Below, in pieces: positions 51,319 to 64,000 of a DNA stretch of 64,000 nt; the stretch's first letter is position 1, and each line of letters starts with the position of its first letter. The translations under genes and the position numbers were made by a program. Under the pieces are notes generated by a model that made no database searches, had not been told where the DNA came from, and was given only the letters and a program-made list of their open reading frames with translations. The DNA comes from Microbotryum violaceum. Lineage: Eukaryota. Location: assembly GCA_001244265.2 (NCBI GenBank), contig CDLV01000016.1:434001-498000 (forward strand), written 5' to 3'.

Positions 51319-52090
51319 GCTGTTCGTCGTCGCCGTCGTTGTTGCACGGGCCCTGGGATCGCCGTTCTGGGTCGGGCCGGGGATCTCGGCCGCCGGCAGA
51401 GGTGCACGACGAGGTCGTGTGCGAGTTGTGCGAGTCGGAGATGACGGCTCGGAGCACGGCGACGAGGAGCGAGAAGGGAGAGGGGTCGAGAGCGGGTGTC
51501 GTTTGACTGTCGACTGGGGAGCAGTTGTGTATCGTATGTTCGGTCAGCATTGGATTCGAGTCGAGCACAAAACCCAGAACCCAAAACACAGAGCACGAGG
51601 TGACAAGGCGCGCATGATAGCCGATAGGCTGTCGACTGCTTCGCACAGAGCGACGCAATCTCGTCAAGAGATACGAGTCTGGCAAGCATGCGCGGCGCAG
51701 AGGTATAGCGAGTGAGGCCGACTGACGCTAATGTTGACTGCGATGGTTCCTGTGGGCGAGTGTGGTGTGAAACGACGGCTGTGGTGCGATGCCTGTGGCC
51801 TGGATGCGCGCTGCCGTCGGGTTCAGCGGGGATGCATTTAATTAAGCACACGGCTGCAGTGGCGAGGCCTGACGGACTTGCCGCAGCGCCTGGCGCCTGA
51901 CGTCAATCACTTCTAATCAGGGATTTGCAGCCGCGCGCCTCGGATGGGTTTGTATGATTTGGATTTGTATACTCATTAACTTACTTTTACGCAAACGCTC
52001 GCATCGCACGACCCGGCTTGACTTGCCCGGCAAGTTCTGTTCGTTCCTGTGCGCACTCAACGCTATCTTACTCCAGGGGTCCGACCAATC

Positions 52091-54885
52091 ATGGCGACTT
52101 CCGCAGGCAGCACTCACGCCAGCACGAGCACGGACACAAGCATGAATGGGAACGACTGCAGCTCGAGCTCGACCAGCTCCAGCAGCATCGTCGAACCGGC
52201 GACTCGGTCGCTCTTCTCGGTCGACGACTCGTCCAGCCCGACTTCGGCGCTGCCCTCGACCGATTCCGACGCCGAGTCCGACGTAGGATCCGACTACTCG
52301 ACCGCATCGAGCGAATACATCGCACCCCTCTCTGGCCATGCCCCGGACCCTTCGATCGACGGCTCGAGCGTCGACGGCGGTGGCCACTCGTCCGGTGCGA
52401 ACGGGGGCGGGATTCGGCCCGAGTCGGAAGCCGAGCTCGGTCCGGACGCCAAGAAGGTGAGCAGCTTCGGCAGAACCGTGGACCACTGGCCTCGAGTTTG
52501 TATTCTCGTACACGATCGCCTCGCCTCGCCTCCTGCGCCCTCGCCCCGCCGATCGGATGCCATCGCTACGTTCGAATCGCGCTCGATCGATCGCCTTCGC
52601 AATCCGACACTCCGCCATGGCTTCCGTCCACAGTCACACGACCGGCGAGCACCACGACAGGGACCATCTCGGCTCCAATGTCCACCGTTGAGGGCGCGAG
52701 ACCTGCATTCCGAGGCTGAACTGACATTCACACTGGAACCGCTGACCATCAGGATGCACTGAGGATAAAGTCGGAAGCCAATGCCCTCTTTTCGGGTACG
52801 TCACCATCCCCTCAAAGTCACCTCTCCGGCTACTCGTGAACCACGACAACCGGCAAGCTGAGTTTCGATATCCTATGCCCCGTGACAGCTTCCAAGTACC
52901 GACCATCCCTCGACCTCTACACCGCTTCCCTGAACAAGAACCCGTTCGATCCGATCGTCTGGTCCAACCGTCAGTCGGCCTCCGCCTCCTGTCGCACCTT
53001 TCGAGCCTGACACCGTTTCCCAAACATGTCACCCGTGTCTTTTTCCACAGGGGCCGCTGTCCGGCTAAAGCTTGAAGAGTATGGACTCGCCATCGCTGAT
53101 TCGACCCGAGCGATCGAACTCGATGCGAGAGCAGTCAAGGTCAGACGACATAACTCGCTCGCTCGGCAACGCGATGGTCCTCGAAGCTGATATACTCGAG
53201 AACATCGCAACACAGGCCTACTTCCGCAGAGCGATTGCGAATTTGGCCATCATGAAACCTAAGGCTGCCTTGGTCGACCTGAAAAAGGTGCATGTTCGAT
53301 AAACGATCGTTCTGTGATGCAGACGCTGACGAGCTAGACCCCATCGTTGGAAATGGCGCAGGTCATCTCACTTGATCCCCACAATGTCTCCGCCAAAGCC
53401 CAGCTCGACGCCACCCAGAAGCTCCTGCGCCGGTTGCAGTTCGAAGCCGCCATCTCGGCCAAGGACGAAGTTCTGACCTCGACCAAGATCCTCGAGCAAC
53501 TAGCTCACGGCGCTTTGCCCATCGAAGCGAGCTACGCTGGACCCCGATTACCGAACGAAGAGGAAGGCAAACCCCTCAGACCGACAAACGAATTCGTCGA
53601 CGAATTGATCGAGTGGTTCAGGAAAGGGGAGACAATCCCCAAGCGGCTGGCATGGCAGATCGTCTTGGGCGCGTACGAGAAGCTGAAGGAGGAGAAGTCG
53701 TTGGTTAAAGTGACAATTCCACAGGGAGAAACCATGAATGTGTACGGAGGCCCACTTCATCCCCAACATTTCTGTCCAAAGCGCTTGACCCATGCTGATC
53801 TGCTCGACCCTTCCATGTTCCACAGCATTGGTGACACCCACGGCCAGTTCTATGATTTCTACCACCTTCTCACCCTCACCGGTCGACCATCAGAGACACA
53901 TTCACTCTTGTTCAACGGCGACTTTGTCGATCGCGGATCATGGTCGACCGAGATTGTATTGGTCCTGTTCGCGTACAAATGTACGCCGCGTAACATGCTT
54001 CACTCTTGGGACTCGCCGCTGACCCTAACGAATGCCCTTACACTGTTTCTTCATAGGGCTCTACCCAACCAAGGTCTTTTTGAACCGAGGCAACCACGAA
54101 ACAGCGGACATGAACAAGGTGTACGGATTTGAAGGGGAAACGAAGAAGAAGTACTCCGAAATGACGTACAAGCTCTTCGAAGAGGTCTTCACCGCTCGTG
54201 AGTCAATCCCTCGATTCGAGCCTTTCCTGTGACCACAACATTGACCGGGAACTTCACCTGATTGAAGTGCCTTTGGCGACCCTCGTCTCGGCATCTTCAC
54301 CGACAAACGATACGTCGAGTGATACCTCGAAAAACCCGATCCTCTGCCAGAACAAGAAGCGCTACTTCGTCGTCCACGGCGGCCTCTTCTCGCGCGACGA
54401 CGTGACTCTTGCCAACATTGCCGCGATCGACCGCATTAGTCTGAAGCAACCGGGCCACGAAGGTTTAATGTGCGAGATGTTGTGGACCGACCCTCAGGAT
54501 TCGGCGGGGCGAGGTCCTTCGAAGCGTGGGGTCGGGATCGGCTTTGGTCCGGACGTGACGAGGAGGTGGTGCGAGTTGAACCAGGTGACTGCTGTGATGA
54601 GGAGTCATGAGGTGCGACAGGGCGGTTATTCGGTCGAGCATGATGGATTATGCATCACCGTCTTTTCGGCGCCCAACTATGTGAGTCATTCTCGTTCACG
54701 TCAGCATCACCGGCAAGACCTGATGATAACCCACCTGCACCATCCTTCAGGTCGACCAAGTCGGCAACCTCGCTGCCTTCGCGACAATTGACGAGACAGG
54801 ATCCATCAAGTACACCACCTTCAAAGAGCAACCGCACCCCGACATCAAGCCGATGGCGTATGCGGGTCAGATGGCCATGATGTGA
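52091..54885 (+). CDS. PPT1: Serine/threonine protein phosphatase 5 (TPR + PPP domain)
   Basis: TPRs (ALRIKSEANALF, WSNRAAVRLKLEEYGLAIAD, AYFRRAIANL), GDTHGQ, GDFVDRG, NRGNHE, VHGGL, FSAPNY and C-terminal HPDIKPMAY. Confidence 0.95.
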
Positions 54886-55208
54886 ATGCCTGCATGTACC
54901 AACATTGCTTACTTTGCTAATATTCTTGAGGTGGAATCACACCCTCTGTATGCAGCTGCATCAGCAAAGAACTGTTCTGATCTTCAGAGACGCGTATCCT
55001 GTCCACAGCTCTCATAGCGTTGTAAATGCGCGACATAATTTCAGCCGCGAGTCGATCGAGACTAACCGAGACATGATCGACTGTTTGTATTTCACTCTTG
55101 AGAGACCAAAAGCACGCCCTCATGTGGAAATGCGTATTGAAAACAATGAGACACGACAGGTGCAGGTAAACTCATAGCGATGCTGGTAGGCACCGGGAAG
55201 GTGCCTAA

Positions 55209-56892
55209 TCAAAAAGTGAGAACGGCACGGAAGCGGACCTTGTTCTCTGACATGCGGTCGAAACCCTCCTGGACTTGGTCGAGCGAGAACTTTTCGATCG
55301 AGGTTTTGACGCCGGCGTGTTCGGCGAACGCGATCGTCTCCTCCGAGTCTTGGGCCGTACCCGAAGGCCAGCCGACAATGCTCCTCCTCTTCTGAATCAG
55401 ATGCATCGCATTCACCGTCAAACCATCGTGAGGCACCGCCAACAGGACGAGCTGGCTGCCGACAGACAAGGCGGGGATCAACTCGGCCATGGCCTTGCCG
55501 GAAGGGGCGACGGCGATGATGACCTTGGCGCCACCAAGCTTATTGAGCTCTTCGACTTGGTCGACCTTGGACGCGTCGAGGTAGATGTCGGCTCCGAGCT
55601 CTTTCGCAAGCTGGGCCTTGCTGTCATTCTGCGATAAGGCGACCGTCTTGTAGCCTGTGGAGGAAGACCGGCAGCATCAGCCGGGCTGGTGGCAAGTGAC
55701 GAGCTTGGCTAGTAACGGCACGGTCCTTTTACGATCGTTGAACGTTTTTCTTGGAGAACTGCAGGGCAAGATGGCCGAGACCGCTGAACCCGTCGAAGAA
55801 ACGGACGAATTCTGGTCAGTGTTGTTGTCTATCGAATCCTCATGCTGCAGTATACATCGCCTTGGCCCCGAAGCAGGACTCACCCGACGCCCTGAACTGC
55901 GCAAATCTCGCCAGAAAGAATCTTCATGTGGCGAAGGGAGTTGTAGACCGTGAATAAGGCAAGGGTGAGTGCTTGGTATGCTTACTAGCAAGGTTTGTCC
56001 AGCTCGGGAGCAGACTTACCACCGGCACAGAGCAACGCCGCGGACTCAGCTGCGTCGCTATTGTCTGGGATGCGAGAATGCTTCGGTCCTCAAATTCGCG
56101 TACTCGGCGTATCCGCCATCGACCGAGATGCCGTTGATAACCTGGTTCGCGCACGTCACAAAGTCACCGCGACGGCACGACAAGCACTGGAAGGGCGCGT
56201 TCGGTGTTAAGCCCCTGAGTCATCAAATGCAAACGAGCACTTGACGTTCACGTTATGAACAGTTCGAGCTCGAAGCTCCCAACACAAGGGAGCTTTTGAA
56301 GATACAACTCACATAGCCACAATGTCTTCCGTGCCATCCACCACCGATTCGATCGCCCACTTTGAAGACTTTCTCGTCCGCGGGCACCCGATGATCTCGT
56401 GACCAGGAATTCGGGGAAGACCGGTGGGCATTGCTCGATTGACGACAATGCTGTCCGAGTGCTGTTCGGGAAGGTGGGTGGGTTAGCGAGCCATCCCCAC
56501 CCCCATCCATGATACAATACACCTGCTCCTCGCTGAGCTGAGAACATGCTAGTTGTGCAGCCAACTTGATTCCTACCGAGCAAGTGTCACCGCTGGATAA
56601 TCAGAGCCAAATCTTACACAAATGCCGCAAGCCTCGACCTTGACGACGACATGCCCGTGCTCTGGATCAGTCCTGATGGAGGGTGGATAAATGTAAGGTC
56701 ATTATCAGTCTTTAAGCGGCTATATCGAGGTCGAGCAAGGTCGATCTCGGAGAATCGGGGGTCCCGGACCAGGGGGCTGCCGGCAGCTGGCTCCTGCTCG
56801 ATCGCGACCGAACTGGACTAGGAACTCGAACTTGGTGTCAACGCTTACCAGTCCCTGTGAACAATCTCGAACTTGCCACCTTTCTCGGCAAT
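55209..56892 (-). pseudogene. Zinc-dependent alcohol dehydrogenase pseudogene
   Basis: KVEACGIC|HSD, PGHEIIG, CLSCRRGDFVTC, DGGYAEY, LLCAGV, GVGGLGHLALQF, KVRFRAVL. Frameshifts at about 56388 and 56076, donor missing at about 55745, first exon not found. Confidence 0.88.
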
Positions 56893-57050
56893 CTGCCAAA
56901 ATAGGGATGAAAGACTCCTGGGTCAGCTGAGGTCCGACTTTGGAGAAGCGAGACGCCGTGTCAGATCGGGACTCGGAGCGCATGGTGTGGTCTACGTCAC
57001 CAGCCACCAGCGGCCTCGAGCGGATCGAGTGTCAAGTGGAGGCACAACCT

Positions 57051-57516
57051 GCCGAAGTCGAGGGGCCGATCGCCAAGCGCCTTCACTTTATCGGTGACAC
57101 GCTCAACCAAGTCAAGGATGCCGCGACCAAGACGATCAAAGTGAGAGCTCTTGGCTCCGGGTCGTTCCCCATGCACTGAATACGGTAGCTGACGCTGATG
57201 CCGGTGCGTGTACTGCGTGTCTACCGGCAGGAGACGACGGGACAAGCGACCGACGAGTCGGAAGAGCGATTGTTCGAATCACGCGACGAGATTCGCAAAG
57301 AAATCGACAAGGGCAAGCAGCAGGGCGTGACGACGAGGGATGTGATGGACAAGAACTAGAGGAGGGACGACGTGTGAAGAACGTGCAATCAAACGCGCAG
57401 AGTAGTCGGAACTGAGGATGGCTGCTAGCGGTGATCGCATGGTTGGAGGGACCGTGAGGCCCCATCGACGGCAATGGACCAAGGCTTGGCGGGTGGTGGG
57501 GTTGGAACGGGTCCAC
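57051..57516 (-). repeat. 466-bp inverted duplication, copy 2 (exon 2, intron 2, exon 3 and 3'UTR of the 131-aa gene, coding on + strand here)
   Basis: Reverse complement of 35870-36335. Confidence 0.95.
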
Positions 57517-58584
57517 CGTGAAGGCTCCGAGTTGTATGAATACATTACAACATGTTCGTGGCAATTAATGCTCGATGCCCTCGTTCCCGAACAAGATAGT
57601 CTCCCGTTTGTTGACCTTAACGTCTCGAAGGGTTGTTGTTGGTCGATGCTTTCGTTTCGTGCGCCGTCTCGCTGCAGAAAGCTTCGCCGGGGCCGGACTT
57701 CTTCACCGCTGGGCCGCTTGATCAGCCTTCTTGATGCGATCGATCGTGTGTTGCGTCGGAGGTGTGGACCGCGGAAGCAGGCGCTGCTCCTCTCCCAGCA
57801 TGAGTCTCTTATAAAGCAGGATCGAGGAGCCAACGAGGAACGGCGTGGCAATGATGATGGTGCGCAGTCTAGAGATTGGCACGAGCGCACACCGCGGAGT
57901 GGCAACGGTTCGGACAGGGCGTCAAGCTCTATCAGCCGTGTCTTCTGGGAAAGTGAGTTCGAGCGGCGACGCACCGCTTCGCGTCGGCTGGCAACGGCGT
58001 AGCCTTCCCTGTCGCCATGGTCGTCGAGCGAGACGAGCGGGCCACGGGCAGGGCAACGTGTCGAGTGGGTTAGGCGGTGTGCGTGTCGATACCAGGAGGG
58101 TCCACCGGGTACGTGATGGAGCTAGAATTGGGACCAGATATGTCGCGAAAGAGCGTTTTCGTAAACGGAATAGTGGAGGACGGCAGGGGACTGAATTACG
58201 GAACAAGAAGGACCAGGAAGTGGCCGCGAGAAGCGAGGTGGGGCAGGGTGGGGCGGCGCCAGAGGCAGCCAGAGCGCCAGAGGCCTCGCAGTCCAAGTCT
58301 CTCGCAGTGGCCTCGCAGTGGCCTCGCAGGACTCTTCGCCAGGCTCGGTCTGGCAGGTCTGGCTCGTTCAGGCTCGTTCTAAGGGCGTCCTACCTGATTC
58401 AAGCGCGCGCTCGTTGACGCTCGTTGACATACGTCGTTCGCAGCCATACGCTGTCGCTAGCTGTTGCACACGCTGCTTCGCGCCGCCTCTTGCTGCTCAC
58501 TCCTCCTTGCTACTGCAGCCACTCGACCGTGCTCCGGACTGCGCTTGTGACGTTGATACTGGACCGTCCCTTCACCGGAAGCCC

Positions 58585-61500
58585 ATGACCTCTCTCGCGT
58601 CACGAGAGAGTTCCGTGCCTCACGCCGACGCCGACGCCGACCCGGACCATTGTCGCCGCAAACCTGGACCGACCCCAAGCTTTGACAGCATCTGCGACCG
58701 GTCAGCGACTGCTGTCACAATACCTTTGCTCCCCGCCTCCTATCCCAGCATCGTTCGTACGCCGCCGACCCCCACCGATGGCCCCGTTTGCTCAACTTCG
58801 GGCTTGACCGCGACCTCGTCAAGTGCCGCCCCACTTTGCCTTCCCAGTCGCGCGGCTGCGACCCCGAAATCTATTGCCCCTGGCCAGCAAACCCACATGA
58901 TGCTCTTGACTCCTACCCCACAGACACAGGTTGCATGCGATGAACTTCTTTCGACCTCACCTGAATCCATGCCGTCTCCCCTCGCGACAGCAGTCTCGTT
59001 CACCGAGTCGGGCCCGAAGACGGCCCCTGCATCAACTCCGGTGTCGGCTTCGCTCCGCAAGTTTGCCATTCGGAGGCACTCTTCTGCTTTCGTCATCCCC
59101 GCCCAACTCGCCCGCCCAGGGATGGAGATGCTCAAAGTGTCGGCCAAGAGCGCGAGGAGAGCCAAACCGAGGAACATGTGGCTCGACGTCGGCGCCGCCG
59201 GATCCGAGGATGGAGAGATGGGACTCGAGATCGGCATCGGGCTCGTGGGCGGTCAGGACGTGAGGCTATGCTGGGAGAAGAATGGGTTCGGTCTAGGTCG
59301 GCGAACCATGTCTGAGCGCCCTCTTGCTACCGGCCAAGAGATCTCCACACTCACACAAGTTTGTTTCGATCGTGTAGGCAGCAAACGAGAGGCGTCGATT
59401 TCCATTGCCAGGATCAGAGATTTAAGATTTGCGGCTCAAGGCTCGCCTTATCGCACCTCGCTGCAGATTTCGGCAGACGTCGAGCCGAGGTGGATGACTA
59501 TCATATACTCGGTCCCGCAAACCTCCCGCAACATGCTCAACTCTTCGACCGTTAGCTACAAATTGGTGCATTTTATTGCTCCGACGCGGCAAGCGCTCGA
59601 CCTGTGGAGACTCACGTTGGACAAGTTCCGCGATGGCCGGATGACCAAAGGCTTTGCTGTGGCCGACCCTATTTCTGATGCGCCGTCGCGCCCCGCCGTT
59701 GTAGAAGATTCTAACACGATTGTGCGCGAAGCCGAAGTTCATCACCTTTGCGCCAAGCTGGGAATGGGAATCGGTTCCGCCGAGATTGGCCAGGCTTTCA
59801 GGGTGAGTGATGAAGAGACCGATGCAAAGGATCCTTTAGTATTAGTGTGTGCTTGACTCGCTGATTTGAAGACGGCTCACACCAGTCTACGGCCGCCCCA
59901 CGCGACTATCTCGACTTTGCTGCGTTCCAACGCTTCGTAAAGTTGCTCAAGCGTCGCGGCGAGATTGAGAGCATCTTTGCGGGCGCAGCCGGAGCGGGTC
60001 ACCAATCCTTGTCACTCCAATCCTGGACGACTTTCATTGCCGAGGTTCAACAAGTGCGTCTGAAGTTGCCTTCGTGTTGCAAGGGCTATGCTGATCCCTC
60101 TGTTCCGTCGCTACACGCCACCAGCAACCCCTCACTCATGAAGCTATCCTGGCGTCGTATGCCAAGTACGCCGATTCGGAGACAAAGCGAATCATGATTG
60201 ACGGGTTTGCATCATACCTTATGTCCTCGGATAATGCTATCCTCAAAAATGAATCAAATCAAGACATGTCTCGCCCGCTCCCGGAATACTTCATAACTTC
60301 AAGCCACAACGTGAGTTCGTGCCCCATGGGCAGGGTCTCGAGTTAAGCGGGCCGGCTGAAGTCGCGAGTCAACATGCAATTCCGCTACCAGACCTACCTC
60401 GTCGGAAACCAAATAAAGGGACAGAGTACTGTGGAGGGCTATATCCGCGCCCTGCAGCAGGGGTGCCGATGTGTCGAGTGCAAGTCACCATCCTCACATT
60501 GTTCCAGGCATCTGTTCGCTGATAGCTGAATCGGGTTGCTTTCGACGATGTCGACGGGCAGTGGATATTTATGATGGGGATGACGGCGAGCCGGTGGTAA
60601 CACACGGCTTGACATTGACCTCCAAGATCACGCTGCGCGAAGTGCTACAGGCGATCGCACAATACGCCTTCCTTGCCTCGCCCTATCCGGTTATCTTGAG
60701 CGTGGAAGTTCATTGCGATGTGATCCAGCAGGATCGCATGGTCGAGTTGCTGGTTTCGGTTCTGGGCGATCAGCTCGTTCGGTCGAGGCTCGACGGCGCC
60801 GAGCAAGATGAAGAGCTCGAGCAATTGCCCAGCCCAGACGAGCTCAAAGGGAGATTTTTGCTTAAAGTGAGCGGCGTGCCATCAGAGCCCCTACCTCCCA
60901 CTGAAAAGTTTACACCTCGTTCCGGTATGTCGCACACAGGCCAAGAACAAATCGATATCTGCGAATAAGACGGACGGAACGCTGAGCAAAGTGACTCAGA
61001 CTGAGGACCACGCAACTTCCTCCGCCGAATCGACAAGCTCGGATTCAGACTTTGGCAGAGGTCAGTCGGCCGTATCCTTCAGTGCACCGCTGGCATCTTG
61101 GTCAGGTGTTCTTGATGATTGAATATCTTCTGGGTACCTTTTTGGTCGCAGTTTTTCGGGCTGTTCGGAGGCGCGTGGGCGGCGGGACGAATCGCTCCAT
61201 CACGCCGCCTCAACAACCCCGACCACCGCTTTCGCCGTCGTCGTCGTCGTCATCTGCCAAGTCGGGATCGAACGCATCGTTCAGCCAGGCTCCACCAGAC
61301 CGCTTATCTGCGTGCATGATCGTCGAGCCTAACGAAGTCGGGGCGCCATCGGGCAAACCAGACAAACACCAAGTCATGTCATCTGCGCTGCTTGGCTTGC
61401 TTGTCTACACCGTCGGAGTCAAAGCACGGGGATTCAACAAGAAGGAGACGTACGGTGCAACGCACGTGATCTCAATCGGCGAGAACAGCCTGCATAAAAT

Positions 61501-62573
61501 GTTCAGAGATGAGGGCGCACGGCAAGACTTCATCGCCCACAATCGAAAGCATCTTACGCGGGCATACCCTAAGGGGAGCCGCCTCAACAGTTCGAACTTT
61601 GAGCCCCATCACATGTGGGCCGCCGGCGTGCAGCTCGTCGCCTTGAACTGGCAGACTTTCGGTGAGTTGCCTACGTGACCTCGCAGCTCGATCCCGGCAT
61701 CTACATAGCTGAGAGATGCTTCCCTTACAACCAAGATACGGGCATGGAACTCAACTTGGCAATGTTCTCGCGCGCCGGACGAGTCGGCTACGTCCTCAAG
61801 CCTGAGCTCCTTCGCAAGAAAGGCGGCGAGAAGGACAAAACGGCGCTGATTCGATCCGAGAGGTACACACTGCAAGTTGAGGTAAGTTCCTGCGTGAATA
61901 GTCGGCGATGCTGCCTCGACAAACTCGAAGGCTTGAGATCGCCACCAACAACTCGATTGCCTCCCTTCCCAGGTCATCTCGGCCCAGCAACTGCCCAAGC
62001 CACGCGACGTAGACGATGTAGACAAATTCAACATCGCCCGGATTGATCCTTTCGTTGAAGTTTCGCTATACCAGCCCGGTCTCGCATCCCCTGCCAAGAA
62101 GCGTAGCAAGGTTGTTCGGTACGTGCCGCGGAACCGCGCTTGGATGTGATCCTGTGCGCTGATGCTGAGCTGGCTTCCTGGGTAGCGGGAATGCGTTCAA
62201 TCCGATCTTCAACACGCCCTTGACTTTTGAGTTCACTGCTCACCCCTCAGAGGGCATGTTGGATCTTGTCTTTCTTCGCGTCGAAGTGCTCAATGCGCGC
62301 GGCAACATCAAAGCGGCGTTCGAAGAAGGGAAAGGGGATCCGGTGGGTGCCTTCGCCATTTCACTGGGCGCGCTGCTACCTGGTAAGATCCAGCCTACTC
62401 TTGCGCCCAATGTACCTTCCCTGACGTCTGAAATTGACCGAATCACGCGTAAAGGCTACCGGCACGTCCCCTTGTACGATGCTGTTGGCGACCAGCTCCT
62501 GTTCTCCACCCTATTCCTTAAGGTCGTCCTGGACCCTCGGAGTTCGGGCATACCTGCGACTCTCGGCCCGTAG
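58585..62573 (+). CDS. PLC1: Phosphoinositide-specific phospholipase C (PH, EF, X, Y, C2)
   Basis: [91 protein letters not shown]. Confidence 0.95.
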
Positions 62574-62986
62574 ACACTTCCCTGTACTTGTTATGGCATG
62601 CTTGTTGTATGTTGCCGAGTCCCCCCGCTGCTCCCAATTGGGAATGCTTACTTTTGCGCTCGGAAGGGTCCAAAGTAGTTGTCCTTCTGTTGAGCACTAT
62701 CGCTTTCAAAGTATTGGGTAAAGTCCTGAATTGCTTGGAATGAGCTTAGAATCCACATTGCCCCGTCAAGTGTGCTCACCTTGATGGCCGGGATAGTCGC
62801 TCGTTTCAAGCACGATAACATCACCATACATTCGTCTCGTCCACATCACATCAAAAATCTGTGAATCGCAGTAATCGCCGGCGATCGAGGTGCAAGAGTT
62901 TGATCCGCGAGCCTCCACTGCAGCGTCGCGCTCGGCGGACTGGGCTCTCCTCACAACCCCACTAGTCCAATCACGGTCGTATCGTC

Positions 62987-64000
62987 ATGTCATCCGCACC
63001 TGCACCATCCAACAAGACTTCTTCTGCGGTGCCCTCGGAAAATGTACTCTCTGCCAAGGCAAGTGCTCGAAGGGGTATGAGCCGAACCTTCTGGTCGTAT
63101 CCTAATCCCATCGCTAGCCCTTGTTACTCTTCCACTGACGGATGTTCTTTTCTTGATCTCCCGACGGACCGTAACCCCTACACCGTCTTGGTCACAAATG
63201 TCTTATCACTCTTCTCAAATTGCTCACGCATCCTTTCACGATTCCGATCTCACGAATGCTGCAACCGCCCGATCCCGTCCGACGTCTTTCTCGCATCGTT
63301 GCGTCGCCTCTCGCCTCTCGCTGGACTCTGACCGGTGCATTCGAACACGCTCGCACAACAGTCGGATATCTGTGTATCGAATGCCATCGTCAAGGCTGGT
63401 ATCGGATTCGGCGCAGGTGTTGTCTGTTCGGCGATTCTGTTCCGTCGTAAGTAGCGAACAGGCATGGGAGCCGAGCCGAGCTCTGTTTGAGCGCTATCAT
63501 AGCACTTGGCGTCACGTTATGTAGACGCGGGCTGACCTAAGTCCATGACTCTTGCACGCAGGGCGACCGTGGCCCGTGTTCGTAGGGCTCGGCTTTGGTC
63601 TAGGACAAGGCTACAGCGACTGCGAGAGGGTCTTCAACCCGGCCGCCGTGCCCGGTTTCGTCATCGCCAAAGATGGCAAGCCTCAGGTTCGTGCCATGGC
63701 TACGTCACACAGGTCTCATTGAAGCTAGCACTAGACGCTCACAGCGGTATCCCTGTTTCGCTCTTCACCTCTGCCCCATCCCGCGCCTCCTCCGGCGCTG
63801 TGAACATTCACAATGATGTTACGACTTTGAAGGCTTCGCCGTACGCGAACTTCAACCCCTTCGGATCTAAGGCTTCCGATGTCAAGGACAGCGCCGAGGA
63901 CAAAGTTTCACAAGTCGTGGACAAGGTCAAGGACGCGACAAAACAAGTCGTCGGCAAGGCAGAGGCAGTGAAAGACAAGGCCGAGAACAAGCTCGGCGAC
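62987..64000 (+). CDS. MIC10: MICOS subunit Mic10 with LEA-like C-terminal extension (runs off the window)
   Basis: PSENVLSAK|SDICVSNAIVKAGIGFGAGVVCSAILFRR|RPWPVFVGLGFGLGQGYSDC (two GxGxGxG helices around the RR loop). GC-AG first intron at 63059; last exon is K/D/A/V-rich. Confidence 0.88.

Overview
Eukaryotic, intron-rich, GC-rich fungal DNA. Short GT-AG introns, gene content and the repeat/cysteine-rich gene types suggest a basidiomycete, most likely Microbotryomycetes (Microbotryum-like); the taxon is my inference. Apparently intact genes: a small mitochondrial membrane protein, an orphan protein, two SET-domain methyltransferases, a secreted GH17-family protein, a Sac7/Bag7-like RhoGAP, a phospholipase/carboxylesterase, CDC23/APC8, a CLASP_N protein, PEX11, a 131-aa mitochondrial LEA-like protein absent from the ORF track, an ACS-family MFS permease, ERG3, a P5B-ATPase, PP5/PPT1, PLC1 and a MIC10 with an unusual tail. 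Between them lie decayed loci: an allantoicase pseudogene, an intronless FEN1/XPG-like nuclease pseudogene in a 7-kb accessory island (about 9.2-16.2 kb), a cysteine-rich gene remnant, a Ty1/Copia relic fused to the 3' half of a tannase gene, and an alcohol dehydrogenase pseudogene. The ADH 5' end lies close to a near-identical 466-bp inverted copy of sequence 21 kb away. The most interesting signals are the intronless XPG-like nuclease (possibly from an unclassified mobile element), the inverted duplication, the GH17 with Gln at the catalytic nucleophile position, and decay concentrated in dispensable catabolic genes. No rRNA, tRNA or CRISPR was seen. Exon structures were read by eye and no database searches were run.
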